DNA from: Candidatus Thorarchaeota archaeon
Lineage (GTDB): Archaea; Asgardarchaeota; Thorarchaeia; Thorarchaeales; Thorarchaeaceae
Assembly: GCA_020348985.1 (NCBI GenBank)
Contig: CP070761.1
Location: forward strand, 587,798 to 600,287
Reading direction: 5' to 3'
Length of the DNA: 12,490 nt
In this document: in pieces, positions 7,264 through 12,490 of the stretch
Numbering within the stretch: the first letter of the stretch is position 1
Layout: each line of letters begins with the position of its first letter
Notes under the pieces: model-generated
What the model was told of the DNA's origin: nothing
Databases searched by the model: none
The model's input: the letters and a program-made list of their open reading frames with translations, nothing else
Program-made: the position numbers and the translations under genes

Positions 7264-8016
7264 TCAATCACCAAGTAGATAGATCAACAGGTAGGAAAGC
7301 ATTGTTGCACCGATGATTGTTGGGACGATCAGAACCGTCCACAGTGAGTATCCAGTCCAGAATGAGATTGTTAGAAGTAGACTAATCGATAATTCCTTTG
7401 GATACTCTGCCATTTTCTCATAGCCAACTGATGTCAGCGCATGTAGGATCAGGGAGGCTACGAGCCCCGTAAGGAGCCATCCAGTGTAGTTTGTCAGTGG
7501 TATTCCGTAATAGAGACCCGGTTCGTCCCAGACCCATATGTTAAGCACGACTGCCGCAGGATCTAGTATGAGATCGAATACAACCAAAAGAATAGCTCCA
7601 AGAGGTAAAGCGATTCTCGGATCTCTCGTTCTTGCTGCAGCGACTGTCACAGCCCCAATCACCAGAGGACCAAACGCGAAAGCCACGCTCCAGGGCACTA
7701 ATCCGAGTATTTTGTATCCCATTTGATCAGTATACTGAAACCCGCCGTAAGGCAATCCTGTTGTTATCCCGATTGCCTCTACTAGTATGGGAAAGATGCT
7801 CAAGAAGATGAGAACAAGAAGCCCTCTAACAGGGGAGAGCCACCTTAACAAGACGTAGTAGCTTGGAACAGCCAGAATCAGAATGAAGAACGCAGATACC
7901 CATGTTACTGATTCTCCAATGTCTACATTGGCAACCAACCAGCTTGCTAGAAACAAAGCAATTGTCGAAATAATCACCAGTGGCTTCAACGAAGGCTGTC
8001 GTTCTGATACGGCCAT
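7264..8016 (-). CDS. cruF: Carotenoid hydratase CruF (bisanhydrobacterioruberin hydratase-like; DUF422)
   Basis: Membrane protein with E..G..TGLPYG.F.Y...G.K..G.VP, DL.LDP.AV and YYGIP..NY.GW motifs. Start overlaps the lyeJ stop (TAATG at 8014-8018). Confidence 0.85.
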   Translation of the reverse strand: MAVSERQPSLKPLVIISTIALFLASWLVANVDIGESVTWVSAFFILILAVPSYYVLLRWLSPVRGLLVLIFLSIFPILVEAIGITTGLPYGGFQYTDQMGYKILGLVPWSVAFAFGPLVIGAVTVAAARTRDPRIALPLGAILLVVFDLILDPAAVVLNIWVWDEPGLYYGIPLTNYTGWLLTGLVASLILHALTSVGYEKMAEYPKELSISLLLTISFWTGYSLWTVLIVPTIIGATMLSYLLIYLLGD

Positions 8017-8879
8017 TATCCCACACCCAAAAGCGGAATTCCCAGAGACAAGAAGAGCACCATCCCAAACAGACCAGTGTAATAGGGGAAGTACCAGTAG
8101 GCCTTCTCAACACTTGCGCTAGGTCGAACAAGCAAGTAGAGTGGTATAGACGGATACACTAGCATTAGTAGGTTCCAAGGTGCATTCCAAGGCGCAACAA
8201 GGACAAGAATCATAGCGAAGGTAGCCCAGAATGCAAAGCACAGAAACAGTGACACTCTCTTTCCGACCACCACAGCGGTCGTCTTAAGGTCCGCCTTCAT
8301 ATCGGCCTCTATGTCAGGAATTGCAGAAAACAGATGCATTGCTGAAGTCCACATGAATGCCGCAAATATAGGTAGAAAAGGAGGAACAATCAGAGTAGCA
8401 TGGTAAAATGCCAACAAGGCTGGAATAACATAGAGGAAGTTTGAGGTGAAATCGAGGACAGGCCGAGCCTTGAATCGCAAGGGTTTCACACTGTAGAATG
8501 TCGATAACAGCATCCAAGAGAAGAACATGGCACTTGCAACCAAATCGGGCTGCAGAAACAAGATTAGTAGTATGCCATAAATGAAGGAAGCGGCAACAAG
8601 TAGATAGAGGTTCTTCCTATCCTTCTCCGCAGCTCGATATTCCTTTTCATCCTTCTTTGGGTTAAACATGTCAGTGTCCTTGTCTGATATGTCATTTACA
8701 CCATAGAGGAATATGTTGGCTGGTACCATGAAGAAGAACAGGTGGATTACGAAGTTGATATTCAGCAGCTGATTGAGGTCTGTTATGCCGACCATGTAAC
8801 CAAGTAGATACGTGCCACCGAGGTAGAGCCAGAATCTGACACGTGAGACCTTGAATGCGAGATAGAATATGTTTGTCAT
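8016..8879 (-). CDS. lyeJ: Lycopene elongase/hydratase (UbiA prenyltransferase family)
   Basis: Motifs SR.RFWLYL.G, PANIFLYGVNDISDKDTD..NPKK (UbiA NDxxDxxxD), YS..PLRFK..P.LD..SN.LY and MHLFSAIPDIEAD match haloarchaeal LyeJ. It sits between a desaturase and cruF. Confidence 0.88.
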   Translation of the reverse strand: MTNIFYLAFKVSRVRFWLYLGGTYLLGYMVGITDLNQLLNINFVIHLFFFMVPANIFLYGVNDISDKDTDMFNPKKDEKEYRAAEKDRKNLYLLVAASFIYGILLILFLQPDLVASAMFFSWMLLSTFYSVKPLRFKARPVLDFTSNFLYVIPALLAFYHATLIVPPFLPIFAAFMWTSAMHLFSAIPDIEADMKADLKTTAVVVGKRVSLFLCFAFWATFAMILVLVAPWNAPWNLLMLVYPSIPLYLLVRPSASVEKAYWYFPYYTGLFGMVLFLSLGIPLLGVG

Positions 8880-8907
8880 TCACATTACTCCGTCTTCTTC
8901 TTCGGCT

Positions 8908-10398
8908 TCATGTTCCTGCCGGAAAATCCTTCTTAATGAGCCCTGCGACAATCTCTGATGAAATGAGTGCCATTGGGACGCCGATTCCTGGATGTGTATA
9001 TTGTCCTGTATAGTAGAGATTCTTGACTTTCTTGCTCTTATGCCTGGGCCTGAAGAACGCAGATTGACTGAAGGTATGTGTTAAACCTACAGCAGTCCCT
9101 TTGTAGGCATTGTAGTCATGTGAGAAGTCGTTCAGCGTGTAGATTCTCTTCGCAATGATTGAGTCCCGAATTGGTGTGCTTAACACTTTCTCCATATGAG
9201 TTACCATCTTGTCATAATAGGCCTCTCTAATCGTGGGAGTGTCTTCGACGCCAGGTGAAATAGGAACCGTGACGAATATATTTTCACAATCCGGAGGGGC
9301 GACGGAACTATCCATTTTTGAAGGACAGCAGAGATAGTACGCCGGCTCATCCGGCCATGAGGGCTTCTCGAAAATCTGCTCGAAATGTCTTATCCAATCG
9401 TGATCTAGAATGACGTTATGATGAGTGAGGTTCTCAATCTTCTTGGCCAGACCTAGGTACATAACAAAAGCTGACGGAGCAATCGTTTTCTTCTCCCAGT
9501 AGTCCCTAGGATATGTCTGGAACTCTTTTTCGAGTAAATCAATCTCAGTATGAGCATAGTCCGCATTCGAAACAACTGCATCTGCCTCGAAGAAATCATC
9601 ACTGGATCTGACACCTACAGCCTTCCTGTCTACGACCTCTATCTCTGTGACTTCCTTTCCTAACTCAATTCTTCCACCGTGGTCCTCAGTCAGTCTCTGA
9701 AGAGCCTTAACAATCTCGCCTAAGCCACCTAGCGGATACCACACTCCAAGATTGAAGTCAATGTGAGATATCATCGAATACAGTGCAGGTGTGTTCTTTG
9801 GGTTGCCACCGAGGAAAACTATGGAGTATTGAAGGATCTTCCTTGCCCTTTCTGAATCGAAGTACTTTTTCGTCAGCTTGTCAATGTTTGACAGAATGCT
9901 CAGCTTCCAGCCCGCAGCCATAAGCCTTGGGCTGAACATGGATCTTAAGCCCGCGAGGTCTTCATACATTAGACCGTCCAGAAGATATTCATACTTCACC
10001 TTGGCTTGGCTCAAGTACTGAGATAGCTTGTCTGCTCCGTTCTCCTCTAGTCGCTCAAACAGTTCCATGTTGTCTTCAAGATTGGCCGAAATGTCGATGA
10101 CCTCATCTGGGAAGAATATCCGATACGATGGATCAAGTCTTGTTAGCTTGTAGAAGTCCTCTGTCTTTCTGCCGAAATTAGCAAAGAAATGGTCGAATAT
10201 CTCAGGCATTAGATACCATGAAGGACCCATATCGAAGAGAAAGCCGTCTTTCCGCCAGATTCTTGCCCTTCCGCCTAGTTCCTTGTTCTTTTCAAGAACT
10301 AGGACATCGTGTCCATCTCTTGCAAGTAGTGCTGCAGTCGAGAGTCCGCCAACACCAGCTCCTATTATGATTGTTCTCACTCTAACACCCTTCCTCAT
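8908..10398 (-). CDS. crtD: Phytoene desaturase family FAD oxidoreductase, probable carotenoid 3,4-desaturase
   Basis: GAGVGG Rossmann motif, EKN..LGGR, FDMGPSWYLMP, FLGG.P..TPALY, WYP.GG, SNAD and G.YTHPGIGVPM. First gene of a desaturase-lyeJ-cruF operon, as in haloarchaea. Start may be GTG 10380 (SD GGGTG). The family call is firm; crtD versus crtI is inferred from synteny. Confidence 0.8.
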   Translation of the reverse strand: MRKGVRVRTIIIGAGVGGLSTAALLARDGHDVLVLEKNKELGGRARIWRKDGFLFDMGPSWYLMPEIFDHFFANFGRKTEDFYKLTRLDPSYRIFFPDEVIDISANLEDNMELFERLEENGADKLSQYLSQAKVKYEYLLDGLMYEDLAGLRSMFSPRLMAAGWKLSILSNIDKLTKKYFDSERARKILQYSIVFLGGNPKNTPALYSMISHIDFNLGVWYPLGGLGEIVKALQRLTEDHGGRIELGKEVTEIEVVDRKAVGVRSSDDFFEADAVVSNADYAHTEIDLLEKEFQTYPRDYWEKKTIAPSAFVMYLGLAKKIENLTHHNVILDHDWIRHFEQIFEKPSWPDEPAYYLCCPSKMDSSVAPPDCENIFVTVPISPGVEDTPTIREAYYDKMVTHMEKVLSTPIRDSIIAKRIYTLNDFSHDYNAYKGTAVGLTHTFSQSAFFRPRHKSKKVKNLYYTGQYTHPGIGVPMALISSEIVAGLIKKDFPAGT

Positions 10399-10550
10399 TA
10401 CAAATGTTTACGGTTGAAATCCTCCAAGGCCCCAGTTTTTGCCATATGTCATACCTTATTAACTATGGTGAAGAGGAAATTCCAAGAATACTTCCATCTC
10501 CTTCAGGAAACCAATTGGGAAGTGTTTCAAGGATAATAGGGGGTTGTGTG
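10399..10550. promoter_or_regulatory. Divergent promoter region between the crtD and crtB operons
   Basis: Head-to-head genes. A central AT-only heptamer TTATTAA at 10456-10462 (TTAATAA on the minus strand) is TATA-like in both directions. Confidence 0.5.
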
Positions 10551-11531
10551 ATGTTCAACGATTATGCATTACATCTTACAGTCTTGCCCACTGACATAGA
10601 TGCAAGTCCGGAGATTGATCAGAAGACGCTTTCTGAAAGTTACGATTATTGTATGGATCTGTTCAAACTTCACGCTAAGTCATTCTACTTCGCTTCAAGA
10701 TATCTAGAGGAACATGAACGCAAGTCTATGGCAGCTCTTTATGCTTTCTGTAGACTCGCCGATGACTTCGCGGATGAGATTGATATCCCAAAGGATAGGC
10801 TAGAAGTCGAGTTGGATCGTCTTCTCGAGATAACTGAAAAGCTTGCCACCGGAGTGAACTTCAACCACCCTATCTTCATTGCCTTTGGAGACACAATGAG
10901 GAAGTACAGTATTCCACTCAGATATGTGCAAGAGCTGATTGAAGGCGTTCGAATGGACATTAATCTCATTGAGGTCCGGACGACCGAGGAGCTGGACAAA
11001 TACTGCTATCATGTTGCCTCCACAGTTGGAATCATGATGTGCCATGTCTGGGGTGCGGACAATCCCGACACTCTTGAGAGAGCTGCAGACTTGGGTCGTG
11101 CCATGCAGCTTACCAATATCCTACGCGATGTTGCAGAAGATTTCGAGAATGGCCGAATCTATATACCACTTGAGACACGAAGCGAGTTTCGTATAGGTAT
11201 TGATGATTTCAAGAACAGATCAACGAGTCCCAACTTCAAATGGATGATAAGGAGCCTGATTTCAAGAGCTGATAGCCTCTATGCGAAGGCGGAGATAGGC
11301 ATTGCCGACCTTCCTCCAAGAGCTCAGTTCACTGTCAAGGTAGCAAGCAGAGTCTATGGGGAAATCATGAATGTGATTAAGGACATGGACTACGATGTCT
11401 GGAGCAGAAGAGCAGTCGTGCCGAAATGGAAGAAACTCTGGATTGCTTTCAAGGCGAGAGGAGAGTATAAGAAGGAACTCAAGGACTATGCTCATAATCT
11501 GGTAGAAGAGCCACTTGTGGCGGCCACATGA
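10551..11531 (+). CDS. crtB: Phytoene synthase
   Basis: Motifs HAKSFYFAS, LYAFCRLADDFAD (DDxxD), YCYHVASTVG, LG.AMQLTNILRDV.ED...GRIYIP and RRAVV. Real start is probably ATG 10551 (AGGGGG upstream), not 10404. Confidence 0.93.
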   Translation: MFNDYALHLTVLPTDIDASPEIDQKTLSESYDYCMDLFKLHAKSFYFASRYLEEHERKSMAALYAFCRLADDFADEIDIPKDRLEVELDRLLEITEKLATGVNFNHPIFIAFGDTMRKYSIPLRYVQELIEGVRMDINLIEVRTTEELDKYCYHVASTVGIMMCHVWGADNPDTLERAADLGRAMQLTNILRDVAEDFENGRIYIPLETRSEFRIGIDDFKNRSTSPNFKWMIRSLISRADSLYAKAEIGIADLPPRAQFTVKVASRVYGEIMNVIKDMDYDVWSRRAVVPKWKKLWIAFKARGEYKKELKDYAHNLVEEPLVAAT

Positions 11532-11556
11532 TTAGTTTGTCTTTCGTGGTGGTGCA

Positions 11557-12490
11557 ATGACCGGGGAGATCGAATCTAAAGAACGTGATGAGGAAGTAAT
11601 AATCATCGGTGGAGGTTTTGGAGGGCTTAGCGCTGCGGTAAGGATGCAGGCAGCTGGGTTTCCAGTGACCTTGCTAGAAAAACGCCACCAGCTCGGTGGA
11701 CGCGCCGGAGTTTTTACTGAGAAGGGATATACATTTGATACTGGACCGACAATACTCACGCCACCATTCTTGATTGAAGACTTGTTCAGCTTTGCTGGAC
11801 GCAATTGGTCCGACTACGGTGAATTGGTTGAAGTTTCTCCAAAGTATAGACTCTATTTTCCAGATGGGTCCAAGATGGACTACGCTGATTCTGAGCACAA
11901 CATCAGGGAAGTAGAGCGGCTTAGTCCCGGTGATGTTGAGGGCTATAAAAGGTTCATGAAGGCTGTCAAACCCATCTACGAGCTAGGTTTTGAGAAGTTT
12001 GGTTCGCAGGCTTTTGACTCTCTTTGGGACATGGTGAAAGTTGGCCCAGCTGGTTTGAGACACAAAGCGTACAAGAGTGTGCATGGAATGGTTGCCAGCT
12101 ATGTCAAAGATCCACGGCTCCGAATGGCCTTATCATTCAACCCTCTCTTTATTGGAGGCAACCCGTTTTCTTCCACTGCGATCTATACTCTAATTACATA
12201 CATCGAAGAGAAGCACGGAATGTGGTGGGTGAGAGGAGGAACTCACAGACTTGCTGATGCTATGGAAAAGCTCTTCGTCGAGCTTGGCGGCAAAGTTGTC
12301 CTGAATTCGGAAGTTGAAAGAATCGGCGTTTCAAAGAGACGACAGGTTACTCACGTGGAAGCAAAAGATGGTAGGGAATACCCTGCCGACATTGTAATCT
12401 CTAATGCAGATGTTGCGCGTACATACATGGATTTGGTTGACAAAGAACACCGAATATGGAACTCAGACAAGAGGTTCAGACGAGCAAAGA
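11557..12490 (+). CDS. crtI: Phytoene desaturase, 3'-partial (absent from the ORF track)
   Basis: Hand translation from ATG 11557 (SD GGTGGTG) is open to the window end: MTGEIESKERDEEVIIIGGGFGGLSAAVRMQAAG...LEKRHQLGGRA...FDTGPTILTPP...GGNPF...WWVRGGT...SNADVARTY. Lies 25 nt downstream of crtB. Confidence 0.92.
   Translation, partial: MTGEIESKERDEEVIIIGGGFGGLSAAVRMQAAGFPVTLLEKRHQLGGRAGVFTEKGYTFDTGPTILTPPFLIEDLFSFAGRNWSDYGELVEVSPKYRLYFPDGSKMDYADSEHNIREVERLSPGDVEGYKRFMKAVKPIYELGFEKFGSQAFDSLWDMVKVGPAGLRHKAYKSVHGMVASYVKDPRLRMALSFNPLFIGGNPFSSTAIYTLITYIEEKHGMWWVRGGTHRLADAMEKLFVELGGKVVLNSEVERIGVSKRRQVTHVEAKDGREYPADIVISNADVARTYMDLVDKEHRIWNSDKRFRRAK

Noticed and set aside
10404-10550. 49-aa N-terminal extension of CrtB
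   Set aside because: It would fill the whole divergent promoter spacer. ATG 10551 has an SD-like run and gives a normal CrtB length.
11532-12257. Short ORFs 11532..11804, 11674..11898 and 12024..12257
   Set aside because: They overlap the real crtI frame (11557 to window end), which the track missed because it has no stop in the window.
1-12490. CRISPR arrays, tRNA/rRNA genes, IS elements or integrases
   Set aside because: No regularly spaced repeats, cloverleaf patterns, terminal inverted repeats or transposase/integrase motifs were seen. Intergenic gaps are all about 170 nt or less.

Overview
Gene-dense window that looks archaeal. SD motifs are of the GGTG/GAGGTG type, there are TATA-like boxes, and one Thr-stalk surface protein has a C-terminal TM plus RRR tail. 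GC is moderate by eye and the proteins are not acidic, so it is not a typical haloarchaeon; Asgard/Thorarchaeia is a stylistic guess only. The right half holds a divergent carotenoid cluster. On the minus strand are crtD-like desaturase, lyeJ (lycopene elongase) and cruF (hydratase), the gene set and order of haloarchaeal C50 bacterioruberin synthesis. On the plus strand are crtB (phytoene synthase) and a second, bacterial-type crtI that runs off the window and is missing from the ORF track. The left half encodes a partial 2x[4Fe-4S] protein, a divergent class I/II aminotransferase, a DUF998-like membrane protein and a bacterial-type GTP cyclohydrolase II (ribA). It also encodes a minimal four-His cytochrome b561-like protein paired with a secreted, membrane-anchored His3/Cys (SOR-like or His-brace-like) protein, a ferredoxin-fused radical SAM enzyme, an MBL-fold hydrolase and a hypothetical protein. 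Several palindromes lie in intergenic DNA, and a 15/18 direct repeat flanks the crtD-lyeJ-cruF block. No RNA genes, CRISPR arrays or transposases were recognised.
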